A stretch of 64,000 nucleotides of DNA from an uncultured Candidatus Saccharibacteria bacterium (GCA_965231045.1 OZ246406.1:322208-386207); one strand, 5' to 3'. Numbered from the stretch's first letter, positions 17,984 through 27,041 are shown. Program-made: numbers and translations. The notes: generated by a model from the sequence alone, not told the origin.

Positions 17984-18403
17984 CTACTCAGTAACTGTGA
18001 CTTTGCCTTTCATGCTGGGATGTACTCCGCAGATGTAATTGAACGTTCCTGCAGCATCAAATGTAAAGCTATAACTCTGGCCCTTGCTTAGCACCGAACT
18101 GTGTGGACCACCGTCATTCTCTGATATAACACTGTGTCCCATGCTATCATTATTCGTCCAAGTGACTTTTGTTCCTTTTTTGACTGATATATTCGTTGGG
18201 CTAAACGCCATGTCTTTGATTGCCACGCTGCTGGTTTGTGATGCAGTGCTACTGGCACTTTGTTCAGCGGCTGTTTGATTAGCAGTGCTGTTTTGAGTTG
18301 CCGTATCGGCTTTTTGATTTGCCTTGTTAAAGATGTAGTATGCCGCCCCTCCGCCTAGTGCGAGTACGACAACTATCAAAACCGTCATCAAACTTTTATT
18401 CAT
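17984..18403 (-). CDS. membrane-anchored cupredoxin (plastocyanin/amicyanin-like blue copper protein)
   Basis: N-terminal TM helix and S/T/A/Q linker. Type 1 Cu ligands are MGHSV ... YICGVHPSMKG (H, C, H, M). Confidence 0.8.
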   Translation of the reverse strand: MNKSLMTVLIVVVLALGGGAAYYIFNKANQKADTATQNSTANQTAAEQSASSTASQTSSVAIKDMAFSPTNISVKKGTKVTWTNNDSMGHSVISENDGGPHSSVLSKGQSYSFTFDAAGTFNYICGVHPSMKGKVTVTE

Positions 18404-18455
18404 TTTACCCTCCTTGATAATACTAATGATATTCTAGCACTCCGATAGAATATTA

Positions 18456-19382
18456 CTAACGTTCGAGGTACTCGCGGATTCTTAGGGCTGCTGTGGCACC
18501 TTCACCAACCGCACTAGCTATCTGCATAGTTGCGCCAGATCGTACATCTCCAGCTGCAAACACACCTTTCATAGAAGTCTGAAGGCCTTCTTCGGCTATC
18601 ACAAAACCTATTTCGTCTAGTTTGATAGGCGTTTTTTCAAGGAATTGAGTGTTTGGTTGCAGCCCAACGAATACAAAAACTCCATCTGTCTTAAACTCGA
18701 CCTTCTTGCCATCTTGTGTACCAATGACCTTGGAGACTTTATTGTCTTTGCCAACAATTTCATCTGTTGTAGTTCCAAGATGAACGGTAATTTTATCATT
18801 TTTTTCTAGTTCATGTATAAGAACGTCCGACGCCTTGACCGTACTTCTTACCAAAAGATCTATATGGCTTGCAAATCTGGTTAAGAAAAGTGCTTCTTGA
18901 ACAGCAGAATTACCGCCCCCGACGACAACCAACTTTTTATCACGATAAAAAGCTCCGTCACAAGTTGCGCAGTAATGTACCCCGCGCGCGTAGAACTCCT
19001 TCTCTCCAGGTACACCAATCTTTTTATAGTCGCTTCCTGTAGCTATCAGTACAGCACGAGCCAATACATCTCCATCGGTCGTAGTTAACTTCTTGTGATC
19101 ACCCATGTCATCAATGTCTGTTACTTCACCAAGTTCAATTTTGGCACCAAAGCGTTCGGCTTGTTGTCTGAGATTATCAGCAAGATCCAGGCCAGAGATA
19201 CCTTTTGGAAAGCCAGGATAATTATCAACCCAGTCGGTTACAGCGGCTAAGCCCCCTGGAACACCTTTTTCATATAAAGTAGTATCGATATCTTCTCGCG
19301 TCGTATAAATAGCAGCAGATAGTGCAGCCGGGCCAGCACCGATAATGACTAATGGATGTATCTTGTTTTTCTCTTCACTCAT
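18456..19382 (-). CDS. trxB: thioredoxin-disulfide reductase
   Basis: IIGAGPAALSAAIY, redox CATCDG, GGGNSAVQEA. I start at MSEEKNK (19382), not the track's 19508. The 42 extra codons cover a hairpin-rich spacer and a TATAAT box. Confidence 0.93.
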   Translation of the reverse strand: MSEEKNKIHPLVIIGAGPAALSAAIYTTREDIDTTLYEKGVPGGLAAVTDWVDNYPGFPKGISGLDLADNLRQQAERFGAKIELGEVTDIDDMGDHKKLTTTDGDVLARAVLIATGSDYKKIGVPGEKEFYARGVHYCATCDGAFYRDKKLVVVGGGNSAVQEALFLTRFASHIDLLVRSTVKASDVLIHELEKNDKITVHLGTTTDEIVGKDNKVSKVIGTQDGKKVEFKTDGVFVFVGLQPNTQFLEKTPIKLDEIGFVIAEEGLQTSMKGVFAAGDVRSGATMQIASAVGEGATAALRIREYLER

Positions 19383-19391
19383 ATTTCTATA

Positions 19392-19397
19392 ATTATA
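19392..19397 (-). promoter_or_regulatory. TATAAT -10 box 9 nt upstream of the trxB ATG
   Basis: Minus strand reads aggTATAATtatagaaatATG. No SD. Confidence 0.5.
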
Positions 19398-19461
19398 CCT
19401 CACGTTACTAGATTTATTTTGACGAATACTGTGCCAGGAGAAGCAGAGTAATGGAGTGAGT

Positions 19462-19515
19462 CGTACAAAAAGTACGGTGAACGAAGCACGGAAGCTTCGA
19501 CACCGCACTGTGTCG
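19462..19515 (-). terminator. three consecutive short hairpins downstream of the NrdH-like gene
   Basis: CGACAC-n6-GTGTCG (19498-19515), CGAAGC-n6-GCTTCG (19482-19499) and CGTAC-n5-GTACG (19462-19476). The first two share 2 nt. Confidence 0.4.
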
Positions 19516-19527
19516 TCTAAAATAGAT

Positions 19528-19776
19528 CTAGCTTACGGCTGGTGCAAGTTGTGCCAAATTATAGCCAATAACAACTTCGCGACTGTCGTCGTGCTTTGTA
19601 ACAACCGTTACTGGCACTGATAATGCCCCGCTTAGTTCAAGCGCTTCAGATTGTTTGTCTGGGTTTTCGTCTAAGTTAATTTCGTTATACGACATACCTT
19701 TTGCCTGTAACCACCTTTTGACCATAACGCAGTAAGCGCAGGTGTTAGTAGTATAGATAGTAATGTCTTTTGCCAT
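19528..19776 (-). CDS. glutaredoxin-like protein (NrdH/GrxC-like)
   Basis: 82 aa. CAYC redox motif at the N-terminus of helix 1 and a VPV cis-Pro region. Confidence 0.8.
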   Translation of the reverse strand: MAKDITIYTTNTCAYCVMVKRWLQAKGMSYNEINLDENPDKQSEALELSGALSVPVTVVTKHDDSREVVIGYNLAQLAPAVS

Positions 19777-19912
19777 TGTTTTACCCTCTTATGTTGTCTT
19801 TACTTTGTTTATTAATTTTTACGTTTAGCGGTTTTTAGGCCGTAATTTCGTGTTGTATAAGTAGTATACCTAGTGTTTATGTTTATTTCAATACCCCCAC
19901 ATGTTGTGTTTT

Positions 19913-20455
19913 TTATTGTTGCGCTGGCCCTGTATTAACCAGTTCGATATCAAAAACTAAGTCAGCATTAGCAGGAATTCCGCCTTGTGGAGCCCCCTGC
20001 TCACCATAGGCTAATTTTGATGGGATAAGCAGTCGTCTGGAGCCTCCAACTTTCATACCGGGTACGCCTTGTACCCAACCCTCAATAACCGATCCAGAAG
20101 CCAGTGTCAGTGGTATTGGCTGTCCGCTATCTTTAGAGGTCTCAAGTATAATGCCATCTTTTGCAAGAGCAAGCGTATAGTGAACAGTCACTTGATCGCC
20201 AACTTTGGCTTCGGCTCCATTGCCTTCTTTTGTATCAATTTTTTGTAGTTCAGGTACGCTTGCGACTGGTGTATAGTTATCCAATTTCTTCCCCTTTGAT
20301 GAATTTGCTGGTGCTTGCTGTTGGTTAGTTGGTGTGTCAGTTTTTTTGCTCTGAGTAATCATCTGGTAAATTACTACACCACTGAATGCAAGTGAGCTTA
20401 CCAAAAATATTACTGCAGCGGTGAGCGCAAAAACACGCTGGCGCTTTTTAGCCAT
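19913..20455 (-). CDS. membrane-anchored FKBP-type peptidyl-prolyl isomerase
   Basis: N-terminal TM helix, then VTVHYTLALAKDG...IEGWVQGVPGMKVGGSRRLLIPSKLAYG...LVFDIELV. Confidence 0.88.
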   Translation of the reverse strand: MAKKRQRVFALTAAVIFLVSSLAFSGVVIYQMITQSKKTDTPTNQQQAPANSSKGKKLDNYTPVASVPELQKIDTKEGNGAEAKVGDQVTVHYTLALAKDGIILETSKDSGQPIPLTLASGSVIEGWVQGVPGMKVGGSRRLLIPSKLAYGEQGAPQGGIPANADLVFDIELVNTGPAQQ

Positions 20456-20541
20456 ATATACCTTCCCTTAAGTCAGATTCTATTATAGCCTGCACAACCC
20501 ACGTGGTGTAAAGACCTATCGTTATAAATACAATGTTTTAA

Positions 20542-21108
20542 CTATTTTTTAGCGCGGATGAGTATCTGTAAGAGTGCCGCGACAATAAAGAAAGCTGCTC
20601 CGTAAAAGAACAATTCACCGTATAGCTCAATCTTATAACCCTCTGATGGGTGAAGATACTGATAACGCATTATTGCAACTGTGTAAGCGCTCACACATAA
20701 AGCTGCCGTAGCATATATAGCGCTCCTAGTTAGTAGCACCGCCGAACCAATTAGCGGCAAGGCATAAAGCATAACGGCACGACTAGCGATACCACGTTGG
20801 GAAAAGATCAATAGCGAAATAACCAAGATATCCAGTAACACCTGTAGATATATAAGAGTTTTGTAAAACATTTCACTCTTAACATTATTTCTTGAAGCGT
20901 ACCACAGGATTGTATTAACAAATCCAACGGCCCCAATAGCAACCCAACGATCCATGGCCGACATGCTAGGTATAAGATGCCATGCGTCGTCTACTATGGT
21001 GTTAACGACGAAGATCGCCAGAAGCACAAATCGAACACGCGTTAAACGCAAGCTGCTTATTTGAAGCCAGTTCGTAAGAGTTTGTTTTTGAGCCATATCT
21101 ATGGCCAT
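20542..21108 (-). CDS. integral membrane protein (about 5 TM), unknown function
   Basis: Hydrophobicity pattern only. Confidence 0.55.
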   Translation of the reverse strand: MAIDMAQKQTLTNWLQISSLRLTRVRFVLLAIFVVNTIVDDAWHLIPSMSAMDRWVAIGAVGFVNTILWYASRNNVKSEMFYKTLIYLQVLLDILVISLLIFSQRGIASRAVMLYALPLIGSAVLLTRSAIYATAALCVSAYTVAIMRYQYLHPSEGYKIELYGELFFYGAAFFIVAALLQILIRAKK

Positions 21109-21144
21109 TCAACCATAAGCACAATACAGGTGTCAAATTATGAA

Positions 21145-21909
21145 CTAGCCGATCGCTCTAGCTTTTGGTTCCTTGTCCTTTATCTCATCAAATAAGTCGT
21201 GCGCGACCTCTAGTCCGTGTATTTTGTCTTCTAATGATAGATACGTACCGAATGGTATGACTTCCCTTACCACACCTTTTGAATCATATTCAGCTACAGA
21301 GTATGCTGGAGTCATTTGTGCAATATTTACCATACTTACATGCATATCTGGAGAAATCCAAAATAACGGAGCAAGGCACTTGCCACCTGATATATGCCCG
21401 TCCATTACGTCTCTTTCAGCGACTCTTTCTTCGATTTCACCTTCTCTAGCTTCAATCATATCAACAAAATATTGGATGTCTCCTTCGTGATCAATCGTGA
21501 CATCTTGCGCCAATATCATACTTACATCACCATTATTAAAGGTTTCGTTTGTAACAATTCTAATTGACGGTGGATCGGTTTGTCTGTTAGTCACACGCTT
21601 TAAAACTATCATTAGGTCCTTCGGGTGTTCGTCAACTAATATACTGCCCTCAGAAGGTTTGACTATATCAAACATGGCAAAGCCAAAGCCTTTATGCAGT
21701 GCACCAATATTAAGTAATTTCTGAATAAATTTTGCTCGGGTGTCGGCCACATCTCCGTGAAATTTGGCCTGTAAAAATGCATCCGTTTCACCACTAATCT
21801 TGGCAATTTCAGCAGTTTCAATATTATCGTGACCGCCTTGAGGATCAAAGTTGCCTATCATAGTACTATTATCCAATCCTTTTTTGTTATTGCAAGCACA
21901 ACTTGTCAA
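21145..21909 (-). CDS. hypothetical protein (254 aa)
   Basis: ORF only. Possible later start MIGNFDPQ at 21861. Confidence 0.5.
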   Translation of the reverse strand: MTSCACNNKKGLDNSTMIGNFDPQGGHDNIETAEIAKISGETDAFLQAKFHGDVADTRAKFIQKLLNIGALHKGFGFAMFDIVKPSEGSILVDEHPKDLMIVLKRVTNRQTDPPSIRIVTNETFNNGDVSMILAQDVTIDHEGDIQYFVDMIEAREGEIEERVAERDVMDGHISGGKCLAPLFWISPDMHVSMVNIAQMTPAYSVAEYDSKGVVREVIPFGTYLSLEDKIHGLEVAHDLFDEIKDKEPKARAIG

Positions 21910-21954
21910 TATTCGTTTTTGTAGTCATAATGATAACCATAAAGGGAATAAAAA

Positions 21955-22752
21955 ATGGTTGAAGACGATTCAGCATTGAAAGAACCGTTAGATCTGCCCG
22001 AAGATACGACTTCGCACCAACACGTCCCACTGCCGCCTCCAGTAGAAAAGAAAAATCGAAGCAAAAAAGTACTTGTTATGTTTATTGTATTGATAATAAT
22101 CATCTGTTTAGTTATTGGAGCGTGGTTTATTCTTAAAAAACCTAAGTCAAACAATGATACTACTGCAAGCACTGGAACTGCTTCTGAAGCTTCTAAAACT
22201 AATGAAATTCCGACTTCAAATGGTACAAAGTCATACACCAACGACGTCATGAGACTCACATTGACCTATCCAAATAAGTGGACTGTAACGGAAAAGGAAC
22301 GCTCAGTTTGGGTTGAATCACCTGATTTTAGTTACGAGACAACCGACAAAGGTGTCGTGAAAGGCAACTTTAAAATATACATACGCCAAGGTGCTCAGAC
22401 AAATGACAGTAAATACATCGCCAAAGGCGTAGCTATAGCTCCAAGCGAGAAGCTAGTTTATGCCAATCCAGCGCCAAGCCAGCGTAAAGATACATTCCTC
22501 AGCTCATTTGGCATTGATACGACTGATAACTTCGCTTACTTTTTAATAGCTGGTAATTTTGATCTCAAAAAAGGCGACACGCTAGGTCCTAACTACGGTA
22601 AAGAAACTGATACCTTCATAATTGCCGGGGGTTATGCGACCAAAGATCTACAAGATGGACTTGCAACCAACAAAGTAAAGCCCGATACATATCAAAATAC
22701 AACCGCCTACAAGGAGGCGGTTGATATTCTTAAATCGATTCAAATACAGTAA
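21955..22752 (+). CDS. membrane-anchored extracytoplasmic protein
   Basis: AAGGGA SD, cytoplasmic tail, TM helix VLVMFIVLIIIICLVIGAWFIL and an S/T linker. The beta-rich domain starts LTLTYPNKWTV, the same architecture as 5282-6631. Confidence 0.65.
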   Translation: MVEDDSALKEPLDLPEDTTSHQHVPLPPPVEKKNRSKKVLVMFIVLIIIICLVIGAWFILKKPKSNNDTTASTGTASEASKTNEIPTSNGTKSYTNDVMRLTLTYPNKWTVTEKERSVWVESPDFSYETTDKGVVKGNFKIYIRQGAQTNDSKYIAKGVAIAPSEKLVYANPAPSQRKDTFLSSFGIDTTDNFAYFLIAGNFDLKKGDTLGPNYGKETDTFIIAGGYATKDLQDGLATNKVKPDTYQNTTAYKEAVDILKSIQIQ

Positions 22753-23019
22753 TTACTGCATTGGTGCTGGATCAGCTGGGGCAGCAGGATCTGCTGGAGC
22801 CTCAGGTGATGCAGGTGGATTTTCTGGCGCTGGGGCTGCTGGCTCTTCTGTTGGAGAATCAGCCGGTGCATCTGTTGCAGGTGGGAATGCTGGTGCATCC
22901 GTGTCACTTGCTGGGGCTGCTGGCTCACTAGGTGTAACTACTGCGCCTTGGTCTGCTCCAGTATCAGCTGGTGTGTTATCTACTGGTTGATCAGTTGGTT
23001 GATTTGCTTGTGGATCCAT
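22753..23019 (-). CDS. Pro/Ala/Asp-rich low-complexity protein (88 aa)
   Basis: AAGGA SD 9 nt upstream of the ATG. The product is entirely low-complexity (PAPASDTDAPAFPPATDAPADSPTEEPAAPAP...). The mirror ORF on + is equally open, so coding status is uncertain. Confidence 0.45.
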   Translation of the reverse strand: MDPQANQPTDQPVDNTPADTGADQGAVVTPSEPAAPASDTDAPAFPPATDAPADSPTEEPAAPAPENPPASPEAPADPAAPADPAPMQ

Positions 23020-23102
23020 AAATGTATTTCCTTTTTATTTTGATAACAATGTACTTAAACTATAACTTTTTTTAAGCATAAACGCAAATTATGGTGTAGA
23101 TT

Positions 23103-25604
23103 TTACAGTCTTTCAGCTTTCAGAGATTTTTTGGTGCTGGTTGCAATCGATTCAAGTAGTTCGTTTACTTCTTTAGTGGTAAGAGTTCTCTCAAAGTGTG
23201 TCAGCGTTATCCTGTAGGTTATATGCTTAGATTTAGCATCCTTTGCCTGATATATATCGATTGGGATAGCTTGTGGTTGGTAGCCATGGTTCTTCTCAGC
23301 AGCCAACAAAACTTCCCAAACTTCATCTGTTAATTGCTTATAGCTAACATCATCTGAAACCTTAAGGCTAATATCTTGTTCAGTTTTTGGGAATCTCGAT
23401 AGCTTAGTATATTGATTAGCTTTTTGGTACTCCTGAAGCATTAAAATATCTAGTTCAAAACCAGCCGAATATGGTGGCAACTTAAGGTTCTTTCGTACAG
23501 TACTTTTGAATTCACCAACAATGCCCAGCAATTTTTCACCGGTTTTCACATAAGCACTTCGTGATTTTTCAAAAGGAGCAAGCGCCTGTTTGCCTGTATC
23601 AGTTTTGGGTTCATGTGTAATTGGCACGAATTCTGCAGCAATCCCAACTCTTGCTAGTGTCTGCTGAGCATAAAGTCGAGCCATATAGAATGGTGCGCCT
23701 GAGTAGTTTTGTGCCACCTTAGGGCTAGCGGCAAAAACAAAGGCTAATCTTTCTTCTTCTATTGGCAGGCCATCCTCATGAACATTGCTCTTATCATGTG
23801 TCTTGTTGATCTCAAAAAGACCAAATGAATCATACCCACTCTTGATATTTGGGTGGACCTTCTCAAGTAAGCTCGGTATTAAGCTCAAACGATAGAACTG
23901 TAAGTCAGGGCTCAACGCATTGTTTAGCTGGTAAGCAAGAGCAGGTTGTTGGCCAACTTTCTCAAATAAATTACCGTGTACAAAACTATACGTTAAGACT
24001 TCATTAGCCCCTGCATCAGCCAGTACATCACGCAGTGTAGATTTAAACTCCAGTAGACGGTTTTTCTCAGTCGGTGTAAGATCGCGCTTTGGCAAAACAA
24101 GAGGCAAATGGTCATATCCGTAAAGTCGACCTACTTCTTCAACCACATCTTCTTTAATCTCAATATCGGTTCGCCAAAAAGGCGACGCAACAGAAATTTT
24201 CTTTGTTGCCACGTCATAATCAGTCGCAATTTCAACGTTTTCAAGTAGTGTGACGATTTCACTTTCATTAAGTTCCAGTCCTAACCTTTGATTAATAAAG
24301 TCTACTGTGAGACTAACAGGCTTATAGTGGTCTAATTCTTGGTGCAAATCAAAGACTTTGCTTGCAAACTTGCCATCACCTAGCTCATGGATTAAATGGG
24401 CTGCATAAGCAAAGACTTTATCGTTCTGAAGATTGCTCTGACCTTTGTTAAACCGAGTTACAGCATCCGTAAACAGACCGTATTTCATAGCTGTCCGACG
24501 TATAGAATACATATCAAAATTAGCACATTCCAAAATAATATTCTTGGTACTTTCGTCAACTTCAGTGTCAGCCCCGCCCATAATGCCACCAACACCAATT
24601 GGCTCTAAATCCGTCGCAATCAGAATAGCCGGATCATCAAAAGTCGATCGCTTACCATTTAGCAAGTTAATAGCTTCCTGCTTATCAGCTTTTCGCACAA
24701 CGATTGTAGGCACCTTGCCGCTTCTATCAGCAACCTTATCATAGTCATAAGCATGTAGCGGTTGACCAGTCAGCATCATTACAAAGTTCGTTATATCAAC
24801 GACGTTATTTATTGGTTTCAAGCCCACACGGCTCAAAAAACTTTGCATCAAAATTGGTGATGGCTCGACATGCACATTGCTAATAGCGGCCGCCATAAAC
24901 CGCGATACTTCACTAGAGTAATTCTTCACGTCTAGTGGTAAATCATCCCCTTTTGATGCAAGCTTAAATTCTTTCAGGTACCACTCTGGTGATTTAAAAG
25001 CGAGATGTTGAATACCAGCAATTTCACGAGCAACGCCCAACTGGCCAAAGAGATCTGGTCGATGAGTAAACATTTTGTTTTCTATATCGATAATGTAGTC
25101 GTCGAGCTGGTAAACCTTGGTTAGAGGTGTGCCAGGCTTAACATCTTTGTCAATTTCCAGAATTCCAGAGTGATCTTCATTAATTGCCAGTTCCTTACCA
25201 CTACCGAGCATGCCATTACTGATTTCACCGCGAATTTCACGACTGTTGAGCTTAAACTGCTCTTTATCAAATGTGCTTGGAACAATTACACCCGGCGGTA
25301 GCCAAGCAACCAACAAACCCTCTCGGACATTTGGGGCGCCACATACTACCCGTACAAGCCCTTCGCCATCCCGTGCTACACCCGGAACTTTACCGCCATC
25401 ATCGACTTTGCATAAGCTAAGTTTGTCGGCATTGGGATGCTTATGACAACTAACCACCTTGGCAACGACAATGCCTTCATATCGCTCACCAAGGTTAATA
25501 ACTTCTTCAACAGCCCCAAGTTGAGCACCAATTTTTGTCACAAGCTCATCAACTGTCAGTTTGACGTCTGTAAATTCTTTAATCCAATTTAACGAAACTT
25601 TCAT
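23103..25604 (-). CDS. pheT: phenylalanine--tRNA ligase beta subunit
   Basis: N-terminal tRNA-binding domain (VVAKVVSCHKHPNADKLSLCKVDDG), B3/4 and B5 regions. 833 aa. Confidence 0.96.
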   Translation of the reverse strand: MKVSLNWIKEFTDVKLTVDELVTKIGAQLGAVEEVINLGERYEGIVVAKVVSCHKHPNADKLSLCKVDDGGKVPGVARDGEGLVRVVCGAPNVREGLLVAWLPPGVIVPSTFDKEQFKLNSREIRGEISNGMLGSGKELAINEDHSGILEIDKDVKPGTPLTKVYQLDDYIIDIENKMFTHRPDLFGQLGVAREIAGIQHLAFKSPEWYLKEFKLASKGDDLPLDVKNYSSEVSRFMAAAISNVHVEPSPILMQSFLSRVGLKPINNVVDITNFVMMLTGQPLHAYDYDKVADRSGKVPTIVVRKADKQEAINLLNGKRSTFDDPAILIATDLEPIGVGGIMGGADTEVDESTKNIILECANFDMYSIRRTAMKYGLFTDAVTRFNKGQSNLQNDKVFAYAAHLIHELGDGKFASKVFDLHQELDHYKPVSLTVDFINQRLGLELNESEIVTLLENVEIATDYDVATKKISVASPFWRTDIEIKEDVVEEVGRLYGYDHLPLVLPKRDLTPTEKNRLLEFKSTLRDVLADAGANEVLTYSFVHGNLFEKVGQQPALAYQLNNALSPDLQFYRLSLIPSLLEKVHPNIKSGYDSFGLFEINKTHDKSNVHEDGLPIEEERLAFVFAASPKVAQNYSGAPFYMARLYAQQTLARVGIAAEFVPITHEPKTDTGKQALAPFEKSRSAYVKTGEKLLGIVGEFKSTVRKNLKLPPYSAGFELDILMLQEYQKANQYTKLSRFPKTEQDISLKVSDDVSYKQLTDEVWEVLLAAEKNHGYQPQAIPIDIYQAKDAKSKHITYRITLTHFERTLTTKEVNELLESIATSTKKSLKAERL

Positions 25605-25972
25605 TAGTATGGGCTCTCACTTTCGTCGACAAGGCGTATGTGCTCTTCGTTTTCTTCCTTCCAGGCCGGAGAAACAGTTAATATCATTTCCATCGTTCCG
25701 AAATAATGAATACGCGTATTCGGAGGAACAACAACTAGGTCAGTGGCTTTAACCTCAACAATTTCATCATTTAACACAAAAGTTCCTTTACCTTTCTCAA
25801 TGTAATAGGTAAATGCACTTTTTTTGTCCAAAAACTCCTGAAAGTGGCCTTTCTTTACTGAAACATGACAGACATTTGCCGACGGCTCGTCTTGACCATA
25901 GATAATCAAATCAATTCCATGTTTGCTAATTTTGTCTGCTTCTTTAACTGTATATTTGTACTGGACACTCAT
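25604..25972 (-). CDS. cupin-fold protein embedded between pheS and pheT
   Basis: 122 aa, beta-rich with a cupin-like pattern (VKKGHFQEF...GKGTFVLNDEIVEVKATDLVVVPPNTRIHY). Both ends share one nucleotide with neighbours (TAATG at 25972 and 25604). Confidence 0.6.
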   Translation of the reverse strand: MSVQYKYTVKEADKISKHGIDLIIYGQDEPSANVCHVSVKKGHFQEFLDKKSAFTYYIEKGKGTFVLNDEIVEVKATDLVVVPPNTRIHYFGTMEMILTVSPAWKEENEEHIRLVDESESPY

Positions 25973-27003
25973 TAAAACTGCTCCAAAAATTCTAGCTTGC
26001 CTGACTCAAAGTAGCGTACGTCATCTATGTCGTACTTCATCATCACAAGTCGATCGATACCGCCGCCCCAAGCAAAACCAGTGTAAACTTCTGGGTCAAT
26101 CCCAGCCATTTTAAGGACATTTGGGTGAATCATGCCGCAACCAAGTAACTCAATCCAGCCCTCTCCGCAGACTTTACAACCTGCTTTGTCGCAGAAGGGG
26201 CAACTCAGTGCAAATTCAAAACTTGGCTCGGTGAATGGGAAATAAAAAGGCTGGGTCTTGATCTCAATCTCTTTTTGATAATACTCACTTAAAAAAGTCT
26301 TAAGTGTAGCCATTAATTGACCGGCATGTACGTCTTTGCCAACATAAATACCTTCGTGCTGATAAAAAGTATGTTCGTGACGCGCATCCAAGTCTTCATT
26401 GCGATAAACGCGATCTGGAATAATCACGGCAATTGGCTGGCCCTTTTCAAGATTTGCTTTATAGGTGCTGAGTACGCGATTTTGCATTGTACTAGTGTGC
26501 GCAGGAGCAATAAGACCCTCAGTTGTTACGAACGTATCGTAATCATCTCTGGCTGGATGATCCTTTGGGAAGTTCAGAGTATCAAACATATGGTATTCAT
26601 CATCAATTTGCCTTGATGAGGCCACCGTGAACCCCATGCGATAAAAAATATCAGAAATAGTTTCAATTTCTTTCATTAACGGATGTTTGCTGCCATGATC
26701 GCTGGTCAAAAGCTTCGGCGCTTTATCCGCGAGAGTATTAACATCAAACGGTGCAGTAACATCAATTGGGGCAAGATTCTCTGTCGTATCACCTGCCTCA
26801 TCAACAGCTTTTTGTAGTTCATTCTTGAGTTGATTCAGCTCTTTTCCAAAAGCAGCTTTTTCATCTGGCCTCATTGTTGGCAACTGGTCATAAAGCGCTT
26901 TAAGCTCTGGCGCACGTAGAATACTTGCTTTGTTATCAAGCCCCTCAACACGCTTTAGTAGTTTAGCCGCAACTTCTGCTACTTTCTTATTTTGATACGT
27001 CAT
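25972..27003 (-). CDS. pheS: phenylalanine--tRNA ligase alpha subunit
   Basis: Class II motifs: HPARDDYDTF, GWIELLGCGMIHPNVL, FAWGGGIDRLVMM. Confidence 0.96.
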   Translation of the reverse strand: MTYQNKKVAEVAAKLLKRVEGLDNKASILRAPELKALYDQLPTMRPDEKAAFGKELNQLKNELQKAVDEAGDTTENLAPIDVTAPFDVNTLADKAPKLLTSDHGSKHPLMKEIETISDIFYRMGFTVASSRQIDDEYHMFDTLNFPKDHPARDDYDTFVTTEGLIAPAHTSTMQNRVLSTYKANLEKGQPIAVIIPDRVYRNEDLDARHEHTFYQHEGIYVGKDVHAGQLMATLKTFLSEYYQKEIEIKTQPFYFPFTEPSFEFALSCPFCDKAGCKVCGEGWIELLGCGMIHPNVLKMAGIDPEVYTGFAWGGGIDRLVMMKYDIDDVRYFESGKLEFLEQF

Positions 27004-27041
27004 AGTTATAAGCAGTATACCATCTGTGTTAACCTGTTGGT

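Noticed and set aside
19383-19508. N-terminal 42-codon extension of trxB (track start 19508)
   Set aside because: The extension (MRCRSFRASFTVLFVRL...) covers three hairpins and a TATAAT box. The conserved TrxB N-terminus (MSEEKNKIHPLVIIGAGPA) starts at 19382.
21906-22259. 117-aa minus-strand ORF
   Set aside because: It overlaps the 5' part of 21955-22752. That gene has an SD, a TM helix and a domain shared with other surface proteins in the window.
22721-22990. 89-aa G/A/S-rich + strand ORF
   Set aside because: It is the mirror image of the low-complexity minus-strand ORF. It overlaps the end of 21955-22752 and has no SD. At most one of the two is real, and the minus one has the better start context.
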